A stretch of DNA of 64,000 nt from an uncultured Bacilli bacterium (GTDB lineage Bacteria > Bacillota_I > Bacilli_A > RF39 > UBA660), in the NCBI GenBank assembly GCA_944358775.1, contig CALVRU010000003.1, positions 5,783-69,782 on the forward strand, given 5' to 3'. Position numbers and translations under genes: made by a program. Of this stretch, positions 17,575 through 27,423 are shown in pieces (within the stretch, counting starts at the first letter, position 1; the number at the start of each line of letters is the position of its first letter). The notes below the pieces were generated by a model. That model worked only from the letters and a program-made list of their open reading frames with translations. It did no database searches and was not told where the DNA came from.

Positions 17575-20500
17575 ATGTTTAAAGAGTTATCAAAAGAAAA
17601 GGTAAGTAAAGTAGAAGAAGAAATCAGTAAAAAATGGCAACAGATGAATTTGTTAGAAAAGTCGATTGAAACTCGTAAAAATAGTGAAAATTTCGTATTT
17701 TATGACGGTCCGGCAACGGCGAATGGAATGCCGGGACTTCATCACATGTTAGCAAAGTTCTTAAAAGATTCGTTTTGTAAATACAAGACTATGCAGGGTT
17801 ATCATGTTTTAAGAAAAATCGGTTGGGATACACATGGTTTGCCTGTTGAAGTACAAGTAGAAAAGGAAATGGGATTTCATTCGAAAAAGGATATTGAAGA
17901 CTTTGGTATTAAAGAATTCAATGAAAAATGTCGGGCTTCTGTCTGGGAAAATAAAGAGGCATTTTCGGATTTAACTAGAAAGATGGGACAGCTTATCGAT
18001 TTAGATGATCCGTATATCACGTATAAAAATGATTATATTGAAACCGAGTGGTGGATTTTAAAGAAATTTTTTGATGAAGGATATTTCTATTTAGGGCATA
18101 AAATTTTACCGTATTGTCCACGTTGTGGAACTGGTCTTGCGTCTCATGAAGTGGCCCAAGGATATAAAGAAGTTCCGACCGATACGGTTATTGTTCCAAT
18201 GAAAGTAAAGGGGCAAGAGGATACTTATTTCTTAGCATGGACGACGACACCATGGACTTTGATTGCCAATGTGGCTTTGTGCGTTAATCCCGATGTGAAA
18301 TATGTAAAATGCTTATCCAAAGGCCATCATTTCATTGTTGCCAAAGACTTGATGTCTATAGTATTAGGGGAAGATGCAACCATTGAGGAAGAATACCTTG
18401 GAAAAGATTTAGAATACACGGAATATGAACAATTGTTGCCATTTTTAGAAGTAGATAAAAAAGCATTTTATGTCGTCTGTGCATCTTATGTTACGACGGA
18501 AGATGGTACCGGTGTCGTTCATATTGCACCAGCTTTTGGACAAGACGATTATTTAGTCGGTCGTAAATATGATTTGCCGGTCTTAAATCCAGTTGGTGAA
18601 GATGGAGCCTATAATGCCGGACCTTGGGCAGGAATGGATGTGTTCCAAGCAAACGATGAAGTGATTCGTTATTTGAAAGAGAACGATAAATTATTTAAAA
18701 AACAGAGAATTGTCCATGACTATCCACATTGTTGGAGATGTGATACACCACTTATTTATTATGCGAAACCGAGTTGGTATATTGAAGTGACGAAGCTTCG
18801 TGATCGTATTTTAGAAGAAAATAAGAAAGTTCATTGGCATCCTTCTTATATTGGTGAGAAGCGTTTTGGTAATTGGCTCGAAAATTTAAATGACTGGGCA
18901 ATTTCAAGAAAACGTTACTGGGGAACTCCACTTCCACTTTGGATTTGTGAATGTGGTCATAAAGAGATGATAGGATCCCGCAAAGAACTAGTGGAAAAAG
19001 CGATCGAACCAATTGATGAAAACATCGAATTACATCGTCCTTATGTTGACGAAGTACATTTAAAATGTCCGAAATGTGGCAAAGCAATGGAACGTGTCAG
19101 CGATGTCATCGATTGTTGGTTTGATTCCGGTAGTATGCCATTTGCACAGTATCATTATCCATTTGAGAACAAAGAATTATGGGAAAGTCAATTTCCAGCA
19201 GATTTTATTTGTGAAGGAGTCGATCAAACGCGTGGATGGTTCTATTCGCTTTTAGTTATTTCTACTTTTGTCAAAGGTTGTGCTCCTTATAAGAACGTAT
19301 TAGTAAACGACTTGTTACTCGATAAATATGGTAAAAAGATGAGTAAGTCAAAAGGAAATAAAGTCGATCCATTTGAATTGATCGAAAAATATGGAGCGGA
19401 TCCAATTCGGTGGTATCTTCCATATGTTTCGCCAGTTTGGACACCTCTTCGGTTTGATGAAGATGGTTTAAAAGAAGTGTATTCGAAATTTTTTAATACG
19501 TTAAAAAACACTTATAACTTTTTTGCTCTATATGCGAATACCGATCACTTAGATCCAAGAGAGTTTACGGTGTCGAAAGAGGAGTTGGAAGAGATCGATT
19601 TATGGATGCTTTCTCGGTATCATCATTTAGTTCAAAATGTAACTACTTATTATGATGAATATGATTTGACAAAAGTAGTACATGCGATTACCGATTTTGT
19701 GAACGAAGATTTATCGAATTGGTATATTCGAAGAAATCGCCGCAGATTCTGGGCCAGTGAATTGGATGCCAGTAAAAAAGCAGTCTATAAGACAACGTAT
19801 GATGTCCTAATCGGCATTTCTAAAATGATTGCACCGATCGTTCCGTTTGTGTCAGAGGAAATTTATTGCAACTTGACGGAGGAAGAATCCGTACATTTGG
19901 CATATTTCCCGAAAGCAGATGAAACATATTTCAACGATATTTTAGAAAATAAAATGGAAATGGTGCGGACGCTTATTTCGTTAGGGCGAAATGTTCGAGA
20001 AGAAGTAAGAATCAAAGTAAGACAACCGATTCAAGAAGTAATCTTAGATTATAAAAATGAAACGGTATTGGGAAATCTGGTCGATTTGTTAAAAGAAGAA
20101 CTGAATGTAAAGAAAGTAACCTTCGTAACGGATTTATCCCAATATATGAATATCGAAGTAAAACCGAATTTTAAAATCTGTGGTAAAATCTTTGGAGCTA
20201 ATATTCGAGTATTCCAAGAACAATTAAAGAACTTGTCGAAGGAAGAGATTGCTCTTTTAGAACAAGGGGAAGCAATTCATATGACAGTTGCAGATCGGGA
20301 AGAAGAAATCACTTCGGAAATGGTCGAAATGAGAGTATCTAGTAAAGAAGGCTTTAATGCTGCTCACGATGGAAACCTATTCATTGTTTTAGATACTACG
20401 TTGACGAAAGAATTAGAACAAGAAGGTTTAGCAAGAGAATTGATCAGTAAAGTTCAACAACTTCGAAAGAATAAGGACTTCGATATTACGGATCGAATTA

Positions 20501-20670
20501 CTGTATATTATGATGGTCCACAAGAATTCCAAGAGATGTTGGCGAATTTCAAAGAAATGATTCAAGAAGAGACGCTTGCATTGGAGTTAGTCGAAAAGAA
20601 AGATTTAGAAGAAGAGTATCTTTTAAATGGTATCGATGTCAAATTGGATGTCGAGAAAAGAGCCGAATAA
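17575..20670 (+). CDS. ileS: isoleucine--tRNA ligase, type 2 (eukaryote-like) form
   Basis: 1031 aa; class I motifs PGLHHMLAKF (HIGH-like), GWDTHGLPVE and KMSKSKGN; T-box leader upstream. Confidence 0.95.
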   Translation: MFKELSKEKVSKVEEEISKKWQQMNLLEKSIETRKNSENFVFYDGPATANGMPGLHHMLAKFLKDSFCKYKTMQGYHVLRKIGWDTHGLPVEVQVEKEMGFHSKKDIEDFGIKEFNEKCRASVWENKEAFSDLTRKMGQLIDLDDPYITYKNDYIETEWWILKKFFDEGYFYLGHKILPYCPRCGTGLASHEVAQGYKEVPTDTVIVPMKVKGQEDTYFLAWTTTPWTLIANVALCVNPDVKYVKCLSKGHHFIVAKDLMSIVLGEDATIEEEYLGKDLEYTEYEQLLPFLEVDKKAFYVVCASYVTTEDGTGVVHIAPAFGQDDYLVGRKYDLPVLNPVGEDGAYNAGPWAGMDVFQANDEVIRYLKENDKLFKKQRIVHDYPHCWRCDTPLIYYAKPSWYIEVTKLRDRILEENKKVHWHPSYIGEKRFGNWLENLNDWAISRKRYWGTPLPLWICECGHKEMIGSRKELVEKAIEPIDENIELHRPYVDEVHLKCPKCGKAMERVSDVIDCWFDSGSMPFAQYHYPFENKELWESQFPADFICEGVDQTRGWFYSLLVISTFVKGCAPYKNVLVNDLLLDKYGKKMSKSKGNKVDPFELIEKYGADPIRWYLPYVSPVWTPLRFDEDGLKEVYSKFFNTLKNTYNFFALYANTDHLDPREFTVSKEELEEIDLWMLSRYHHLVQNVTTYYDEYDLTKVVHAITDFVNEDLSNWYIRRNRRRFWASELDASKKAVYKTTYDVLIGISKMIAPIVPFVSEEIYCNLTEEESVHLAYFPKADETYFNDILENKMEMVRTLISLGRNVREEVRIKVRQPIQEVILDYKNETVLGNLVDLLKEELNVKKVTFVTDLSQYMNIEVKPNFKICGKIFGANIRVFQEQLKNLSKEEIALLEQGEAIHMTVADREEEITSEMVEMRVSSKEGFNAAHDGNLFIVLDTTLTKELEQEGLARELISKVQQLRKNKDFDITDRITVYYDGPQEFQEMLANFKEMIQEETLALELVEKKDLEEEYLLNGIDVKLDVEKRAE

Positions 20671-20758
20671 TCGGTTCTTTTTTCATTTCAATAATTGACG
20701 GTTTTAGACTTTGTTCTTCTCTTTGTTTCTGATATAATGTTAAAGTCAAGGAGGATTT

Positions 20759-21571
20759 ATGAACTTATTATTAGCGATCAATTATAAATTTTTTAGTAGA
20801 AGTGCGAAAGAACTTGTCCATTTGGTCGAAATGATGGACCATGATCGGGTCGTCGATGGTTATGAGATCATGGTCGATTGTCAAAATAAAATGGAAATGG
20901 ATTATCTGTTAGAACTTGCTTATCTAGCAAAAGAGCGAGGTTTTCTTTTGCAAGTACATTCTAGTAGTTATGATGATATCGAAATACAGAAAAAGTTTTT
21001 AGATGCGGTGGCGGAATGTGCACTTGTCACTGGTAAGACGATTAATATTGTCTATCATCCGGTTACGATGGAGGAAGATGGATGCGAAAGTGTCGCTTTA
21101 GAAAAAACAAACTATTTATTAAGTGAATTGTTAAACTATATTTATATGAAACAATATCATTTAACTCTCAGTTTGGAAAATTTGGATCAGCGTTTCGGGG
21201 TAACTCGTTTGACGAAAGAGCAGATTGAACCAGTTTTATATAATAATCATGATTTGTATTATACCTATGACTTAGGTCATGAATTTCGGAATCATGGGGC
21301 GATTACCGATCTTGATCCAATCGAAGTAGAACGGTTAAACAATGTTCATCTTCATCGTGACGAGTATTATTACAAAGCCCATCTGCCGTTTCAAGAGAAC
21401 GACGAGGATAAAGAAAATTGGGTCAAGGCGATCGTCTATTTGAAATCACTCGATTATCAGAAGAGTGTCGTATTAGAATATGATTTCTATTTGATGGAAG
21501 GAAGTACATATGAAGAACAATTAGAAGATTATATTCATCATGCTACTTTCTTAAAACCGTACTTATCTTAA
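20759..21571 (+). CDS. xylose-isomerase-like TIM-barrel (sugar phosphate isomerase/epimerase family) protein
   Basis: LSLENL and YDLGHEF motifs resemble the AP-endonuclease-2/xylose-isomerase-like barrel; weak call. Confidence 0.35.
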   Translation: MNLLLAINYKFFSRSAKELVHLVEMMDHDRVVDGYEIMVDCQNKMEMDYLLELAYLAKERGFLLQVHSSSYDDIEIQKKFLDAVAECALVTGKTINIVYHPVTMEEDGCESVALEKTNYLLSELLNYIYMKQYHLTLSLENLDQRFGVTRLTKEQIEPVLYNNHDLYYTYDLGHEFRNHGAITDLDPIEVERLNNVHLHRDEYYYKAHLPFQENDEDKENWVKAIVYLKSLDYQKSVVLEYDFYLMEGSTYEEQLEDYIHHATFLKPYLS

Positions 21572-21699
21572 AGAAACGCTATTTTAGACTTGCATTTTGA
21601 AAAGAAATTTAGTATAGTATGGATGTACCTTGTCCCTTGATGTGGATTCTTCCGACCCGTCTTGAGAGAAGGCGAATTAAAATTAAAGGAGGAGAAACT

Positions 21700-21969
21700 A
21701 TGGCTTTAACTAGTGAAAAGAAACAAGAAATCATCAAGAAATATGCAAGAAATGAAAAAGATACTGGTTCTTGTGAAGTTCAAATTGCTATTTTAACTGA
21801 AGAAATCAATAATTTGACGGATCATTTAAAAGAGCATAAGCATGATTATCATTCACGTCGTGGTCTCTTAAAGAAAGTTGGACAACGTCGTAGTTTGTTG
21901 AACTATCTTGCTAAGAATGATGTTACAAGATATCGGGAACTTGTTAAAAAATTAGGATTAAGAAAATAG
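21700..21969 (+). CDS. rpsO: 30S ribosomal protein S15
   Basis: 89 aa starting [15 protein letters not shown]...; RBS AAAGGAGGAG. The ORF-track N-terminal extension from 21619 is an artefact. Confidence 0.95.
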   Translation: MALTSEKKQEIIKKYARNEKDTGSCEVQIAILTEEINNLTDHLKEHKHDYHSRRGLLKKVGQRRSLLNYLAKNDVTRYRELVKKLGLRK

Positions 21970-21995
21970 GCACTTTTTTAAGTGTCTTTTTTTTG
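21969..21995 (+). terminator. hairpin/terminator between rpsO and pnp
   Basis: GGCAC-loop-GUGUC followed by a U8 run; this is the usual site of an attenuating structure in rpsO-pnp operons. Confidence 0.45.
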
Positions 21996-22028
21996 ATAAT
22001 AGAAAGATAGTAATGAGGATGGTGTAAA

Positions 22029-24161
22029 ATGAAACAAGTATTTCAATTGAATTTTCGTGGCCGCGATCTTATTGTCGAGCATGGGGAACTCGCGAAACAG
22101 GCGAACGGTGCCGTTTTAGTTCGTTATGGAGATACGGTTGTTCTTTCGACGGCAGTCGTTTCTAATAATGCGAATCTGTTATCGGATTTTTTTCCATTGA
22201 TGGTGCTTTATCAGGAAAAACTATATTCGGTCGGAAAAATACCGGGTGGTTTTATTAAGAGAGAAGGTCGTCCAACCGAAGAAGCTACTTTAGCAGCACG
22301 GATGATCGATCGTCCAATGCGACCACTTTTTCCAAGTGATTTCCGTAATGAAGTACAAGTCGTCAATACGGTACTTTCCGTCGATCAGGATAATATTCCA
22401 GAAATGGCGGCTATGTTCGGTTCTAGTTTGGCAACTTGTATTAGTAAAATTCCATTTGATGGTCCAATTGCGGGAGTAAAGGTCGGTCGGGTGAATGGAG
22501 AATTCGTCATTAATCCAACGGTTGCGCAAATGGAACAATCGGATATTGATTTAACGGTTGCGGGTACGAAATATGCAATTAACATGGTCGAGTCTTCGGC
22601 GAAACAGGTGACGGAAGAAGATATGTTAAAAGCGTTAATGTTCGGACATGAAGCGATTAAAGAATTGGTTGCTTTCGAAGAGGAAATTATTCAGGCGATC
22701 GGTGTTCCAAAAATGGAATATCCACATCTTGAAATCAGTGAAGAGCTTCGTCAAGAAGTCGAAGATATGGTTGGAGATCGAGTCGATAAAGGATTACGGA
22801 TCGTCGATAAATTAGAAAAAAATGCTTTTTTAGAAGCAATTCGCGACGATTTGTTAAAAACGTACAAAGAACGTTATGAAGACGCGATGAAGCCAGATGA
22901 ATTGCAAGAATTGTATACGAAAGTTATGTTGATTTACGAAGATATTCAATATCGTATTTTCCGCTCGATTGTCGTACAAGAACATACCCGTGCGGATGGT
23001 CGTAAAATGACCGAAATCAGACCATTATCGACGGCAATCGATTTACTTCCAAGAACTCATGGGTCTGCTTTATTTACGCGCGGACAAACCCAAAGTTTAA
23101 GTGTGACTACGCTAGGTGCTTTAGGAGAACATCAAGTATTGGACGGACTTGGAATTGAAGATCAAAAAAGATTTATGCTACATTATAATTTCCCAGCTTT
23201 CTCAGTAGGGGAGACCGGTCGTTATGGTTCTCCAGGACGCCGTGAAATTGGTCATGGAGCACTTGGAGAAAAAGCGTTATCTCAAGTAATTCCGAGTGAA
23301 GAAGAATTTCCATATACCATCCGCGTTGTTTCTGAAATTTTGGAAAGCAATGGTAGTAGTAGCCAAGCAAGCATTTGTGCAGGATGTATGAGTTTGATGG
23401 CGGCAGGAGTTCCAATCAAAGCTCCAGTCGCAGGAATTGCCATGGGACTTATTACGGATGGTGACGATTATCAAATTCTAACCGATATCCAAGGAATGGA
23501 AGATCATTTAGGCGATATGGACTTCAAAGTGGCAGGTACTAGAAATGGTATTTGTGCATTACAGATGGACATAAAAATTAAAGGCGTAACCGAAGAGATT
23601 TTAAGAAAAGCACTTGCACAAGCGAAAGATGCGCGAATGGAAATTTTAGATGTCATTGAAAAACAAATTAAAGAGCCTCGTAAAGAAGTAAGCAAATATG
23701 CACCAAAGACGATGATATTCTATATTAAACCAGAAAAAATTAAAGATGTCATTGGTCGTGGAGGCGAAATGATTACCAAAATTATCTGTGAAGAAAGTAA
23801 TGTTACGGATGTTAATAATATAAATGCCGTGAAAGTAGATTTAGAGGATGATGGAAGAGTCATTATTTATCATACGGATCAAGATGTGATCGATCGGACA
23901 GCGAAGAGAATTCAAGATGTTGCAAAAGAAGTCGAAGAAGGAAAAATTTATACTGGAAAAGTAGTGAAAGTAGAAGATTTTGGCTGCTTTGTAGAATTGT
24001 GGCCAGGGTGCGAAGGAATGGTTCATGTATCTCAACTTGCCAAAGACCGAGTAAATAAAGCAAGTGATGTCGTGAAAGTGGGCGACGAAATTGTCGTCAA
24101 ATCTCTTGGCTTTGATAAACGGGGAAGATTAAACTTATCAAGAAAAGAAGCAATGAAATAG
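22029..24161 (+). CDS. pnp: polyribonucleotide nucleotidyltransferase (PNPase)
   Basis: 710 aa, two RNase PH-like cores, C-terminal KH (VIGRGGEMI) and S1 (GKVVKVEDFGCFVEL) domains. Follows rpsO. Confidence 0.95.
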   Translation: MKQVFQLNFRGRDLIVEHGELAKQANGAVLVRYGDTVVLSTAVVSNNANLLSDFFPLMVLYQEKLYSVGKIPGGFIKREGRPTEEATLAARMIDRPMRPLFPSDFRNEVQVVNTVLSVDQDNIPEMAAMFGSSLATCISKIPFDGPIAGVKVGRVNGEFVINPTVAQMEQSDIDLTVAGTKYAINMVESSAKQVTEEDMLKALMFGHEAIKELVAFEEEIIQAIGVPKMEYPHLEISEELRQEVEDMVGDRVDKGLRIVDKLEKNAFLEAIRDDLLKTYKERYEDAMKPDELQELYTKVMLIYEDIQYRIFRSIVVQEHTRADGRKMTEIRPLSTAIDLLPRTHGSALFTRGQTQSLSVTTLGALGEHQVLDGLGIEDQKRFMLHYNFPAFSVGETGRYGSPGRREIGHGALGEKALSQVIPSEEEFPYTIRVVSEILESNGSSSQASICAGCMSLMAAGVPIKAPVAGIAMGLITDGDDYQILTDIQGMEDHLGDMDFKVAGTRNGICALQMDIKIKGVTEEILRKALAQAKDARMEILDVIEKQIKEPRKEVSKYAPKTMIFYIKPEKIKDVIGRGGEMITKIICEESNVTDVNNINAVKVDLEDDGRVIIYHTDQDVIDRTAKRIQDVAKEVEEGKIYTGKVVKVEDFGCFVELWPGCEGMVHVSQLAKDRVNKASDVVKVGDEIVVKSLGFDKRGRLNLSRKEAMK

Positions 24162-24180
24162 TTGCTTTTTTTTAATGAAT

Positions 24181-24216
24181 ATTATGAGTTTCGGCAATAT
24201 TATGAGTTTCGGCAAT
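24181..24216. repeat. perfect 18-bp direct tandem repeat, 2 copies (attatgagtttcggcaat)
   Basis: Seen directly in the sequence, immediately downstream of pnp and upstream of a TTGCAA-17-TATAAT promoter. Confidence 0.8.
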
Positions 24217-24279
24217 ATCATCTTGCAAAAGCATTTCGAAAAGAGTATAATAATGTAAAGAGAATAAAGTGAGGTAGCT

Positions 24280-25557
24280 ATGAAGAAGCAGCAAAAAAAA
24301 TCGTTATCTTTTGAGTTTTTTAAGAAAAGAGTGCGCGTTTCTGTAATTGTCGTAACTCTTCTTTTGGGTGCACTTCTTTTGCTCATTAGTTATAGTTATG
24401 CTTTTTATACCATTTCTTATGAAAAGAAAAACGCTTTAACCTTAACAGCAGGCTCGATTTCTTATACATTGACAAGTGGTTCGATGAATGAAAGACAAGA
24501 AGTAACGGTTGGGGCAAATTCGATGCTTACGTTTACGGTCAATTTAAAAAGCAACAATGAAATCGATTCCTTGTATCAACTTTATTATAGTGGAACACTA
24601 CCAAGCGGAGTAACGATTTCTTATAAGACGAGTGTACCCGATGGAGTAATTGAAAAAGGAGCAACCGAAGTAATTGTCTTAGCGATCGAAAATACAAACA
24701 GTAGTAGTAAGATAATTACGATTGGTGTACAAGGAGGATTATTAGATAAACCACTAGAACAAGAAGCAAATACAACGTCCATTAAAGGATTGTATCAAGT
24801 AAAGAAGCCAACGATTACACTTAATACTACAACGGTTACGATCAATGCAGGAGATAGTTATCAAGTGATGACGGGAGTCAGTGCGAAAGATCCTTACGGA
24901 AAAGATATTACGAGTAAAATTAGTTACAGCCCGACAAGTTGGGATAATCATACGATTGGAACTACTAAAATTACTTATCAAGTGACCGATGACTATGGAC
25001 AGAGTGCAAGTTCTACTCGTTCGATTACCGTTAATCGAGTTTATGTTTATAATTATGAGTCGGATCATTTAGTCACAAATGGATGGGAACAATTTTTTAA
25101 GACATGTGATTCTGCTTCCTTTTATCAAGGAGGCTATCATAAGGCAAATTTCATATACGATTATGGAGGTACCACCGATGATTTAATTATGAATGGAATG
25201 GTAAAATCATCCCTTTTAGCGACCGAACGATCCATTGTATCTTTAGCTACCAATTATATGATAGATTTATCAAAATATAAACGTCTCGCATTTCGACATG
25301 ATGTAAAAAATTTAACAACAACTGGTGAATTAGGAGCGCATGTTGGAATTGGCTGTTTTAAGTCGGTTAATAACATTAATCATGCAGAACCAGTAGTCGG
25401 AACAGAATTAACTGGTAAAGGGACTACTCCCGGATATTATTATTTTGATGTAAGTAATATTAATACAAGTTGTTACCTAGGATTTTACATTTTTTCGGAA
25501 GCTATCGATGACAATACAACTTGGTATGTGTCTATTTCACGAGTCTGGCTTGAATGA
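24280..25557 (+). CDS. secreted protein with SipW-cognate-like signal peptide and Ig-like domains
   Basis: N-terminal ...SYSYAFYTISYEKKNALTLTAGSISYTL resembles the TasA/camelysin-class signal (AxF.D..N.F.AG.L.L); Big-like region TITLNTTTVTINAGDSYQV... Confidence 0.45.
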   Translation: MKKQQKKSLSFEFFKKRVRVSVIVVTLLLGALLLLISYSYAFYTISYEKKNALTLTAGSISYTLTSGSMNERQEVTVGANSMLTFTVNLKSNNEIDSLYQLYYSGTLPSGVTISYKTSVPDGVIEKGATEVIVLAIENTNSSSKIITIGVQGGLLDKPLEQEANTTSIKGLYQVKKPTITLNTTTVTINAGDSYQVMTGVSAKDPYGKDITSKISYSPTSWDNHTIGTTKITYQVTDDYGQSASSTRSITVNRVYVYNYESDHLVTNGWEQFFKTCDSASFYQGGYHKANFIYDYGGTTDDLIMNGMVKSSLLATERSIVSLATNYMIDLSKYKRLAFRHDVKNLTTTGELGAHVGIGCFKSVNNINHAEPVVGTELTGKGTTPGYYYFDVSNINTSCYLGFYIFSEAIDDNTTWYVSISRVWLE

Positions 25558-25702
25558 TAAGCGATAAAATGAGTGGATCGAAAATTTTTACTTTTCGAGA
25601 TTGGATATAAGAAAAAGAAAAGTGCATTAGCTTTTCTTTTCTTTTTCCAGCGATTTAGTTCTATCTATTTTCCAAAATCCATATAGTTTATTAGGTGATA
25701 AA

Positions 25703-26566
25703 ATGAAACGTATCTTTACCGCTTTAGGAGTTATGACTCTAGTATGTTTTAGTTTTTATTATACCGAACAAATTGCTTTACTTGCTCGTAATGCGGACCC
25801 ATTGATGCAAGAAATTTTAAGTGTCTATGAAGAATACGAAGTTCCAGCGACGGATGCGGTATTGACGGAGCAAGGATTAATTCCCGGTGTCAACGGGTTA
25901 AAGGTTGATTTAAATAAGAGCTATTCCAATATGAAGCGACTCGGTGAATTTAATGCTAGTTTATTTGTGTTTGAAGAAGTGACGCCCGAATTTTCTAGTG
26001 AGAAGCAATACGATCATTATTTTATTCAAGGAAATGAATCACGACAGTCGGTTTCCCTTGTTTTTCAAGTAGAAAACGATAACTATCTCGATCGTATTTT
26101 ACAGATTTTGGCGGAAAAACAAGTAGTTGCTACTTTTTTTGTCGATGGAGAATGGGTTGAAAATAAGATGGAAACAGTGTATGAAATGGCAAAAGATGGA
26201 CACGAGGTCGAAAATGGGGGATACGATGGATCGTATGCGAAAGAATGGCTTGTCTGGACGAATAATTTAATTGAATCGATTACGAATGTTACGCCGAAAT
26301 ATTGTTATACGAAATATCGAAATAACTCGGTATTGGATCTATGTAGTACGTATCGGATGTATTCGGTAAAACCGACTATTTTAACTTCGAACTATCCATT
26401 TAATACCGTAAAGAAAAACTTACAACCTGGAGCAATTATCCATTTGGAAATGAATCAGACGACGGCAACAGAGTTGGGTACTTTAATTAATTATATTAAG
26501 CAAAAAGGCTATCAGTTTGAAACATTAGCGAGTATTCTATCGGAAAACGGAACGATCGAAAAATAA
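25703..26566 (+). CDS. YlxY-like polysaccharide deacetylase-family protein, likely sporulation-associated
   Basis: Signal-anchor N-terminus; NodB-like region VSLVFQVENDNYLDRILQILAEKQVVATFFVDGEW; lies downstream of pnp as ylxY does in Bacillus. Confidence 0.45.
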   Translation: MKRIFTALGVMTLVCFSFYYTEQIALLARNADPLMQEILSVYEEYEVPATDAVLTEQGLIPGVNGLKVDLNKSYSNMKRLGEFNASLFVFEEVTPEFSSEKQYDHYFIQGNESRQSVSLVFQVENDNYLDRILQILAEKQVVATFFVDGEWVENKMETVYEMAKDGHEVENGGYDGSYAKEWLVWTNNLIESITNVTPKYCYTKYRNNSVLDLCSTYRMYSVKPTILTSNYPFNTVKKNLQPGAIIHLEMNQTTATELGTLINYIKQKGYQFETLASILSENGTIEK

Positions 26567-26631
26567 TACAATGTCTTTTTGAACCACAAAAAAAGTAGTA
26601 TTCAATTCAATACTACTTTTTATCGTTTCTT

Positions 26632-27105
26632 TTATGAAGTGCAGCCAATGAAAGTATCTGGTAAACATTTTAATGCTCCAACACATTCAAGGTTGAGAGT
26701 AAAGAATGAGTCGGTTGACACAAATGGGAACGCATCTGCTTGACTTGTATCTGGATTTGGTGCTAAAACACGGCAAGTGACACAGCAGCCATCGAGATTT
26801 TCAACACGGAAAACGCCTGAAAAACCAGTAGTGCCATTTAAAGTGAAAGGCATAGTCCATTGTTCGCCATCCGCGCAACGATAGAATGTCACTGGTCTCG
26901 TATTATAACAAGTAATGTTTGGACATGGTCCTAAGAATGGTTTGTCACATCCCTCATTAAATTGGTCTATTTTTTCTCCGCGACGTTGTAGTTTTAAAAT
27001 GACTTCTAGAATATCTCCGAAGCAACTACATCCAGAAGCAACATGCGTATTTTCATTTGGACGATCATTATTTCCACACATAGCAATTCCTCCTTTCGTA
27101 GACAA
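26632..27105 (-). CDS. CotY/CotZ-family cysteine-rich spore coat protein
   Basis: 157 aa, about 15 Cys, region GVFRVENLDGCCVTCRVL resembles the CotZ FFRVE...G.CATL segment. Confidence 0.55.
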   Translation of the reverse strand: MSTKGGIAMCGNNDRPNENTHVASGCSCFGDILEVILKLQRRGEKIDQFNEGCDKPFLGPCPNITCYNTRPVTFYRCADGEQWTMPFTLNGTTGFSGVFRVENLDGCCVTCRVLAPNPDTSQADAFPFVSTDSFFTLNLECVGALKCLPDTFIGCTS

Positions 27106-27423
27106 TAATGGGTTGTAGTAAAAATGTTATCCTTTTTTCACTTTTGATCCTTTCTTACGATTGAGTCATTTATTTGGTTCACCAATGAATTGGTTATAAA
27201 ATCGAAAGAAATGTTTTTTTCGAATGTTCTAGTTGCCAGGAAACATTTTGAACCCCCGCATATCTTGCTAGGAAACGCTATCAACCCTTTATTTATTATC
27301 TAATATAGAATATGTAAAGAGCCTTTTTTGGTGTGTTACTTCTACCTATTTTTTTTTGCCTTGTGTTTTCTTTGGAATTCTTTTCAAAACATAGTATAAT
27401 AATAACAAGTAGGTGATAAAAAC

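Noticed and set aside
18752-19511. Minus-strand ORFs inside ileS
   Set aside because: Antisense to a highly conserved aaRS gene.
21619-21699. N-terminal extension of the rpsO ORF (MDVPCPLMW...)
   Set aside because: S15 homology begins at MALTSEKK (ATG 21700), which has a perfect RBS; the extension covers the leader/promoter.
22290-24063. Several 60-82-aa minus-strand ORFs inside pnp
   Set aside because: Antisense shadow ORFs within PNPase.
24138-24386. Minus-strand 82-aa ORF spanning the pnp stop and the tandem repeat
   Set aside because: Overlaps the pnp 3' end and the promoter/start of gene 24280; low-complexity translation.
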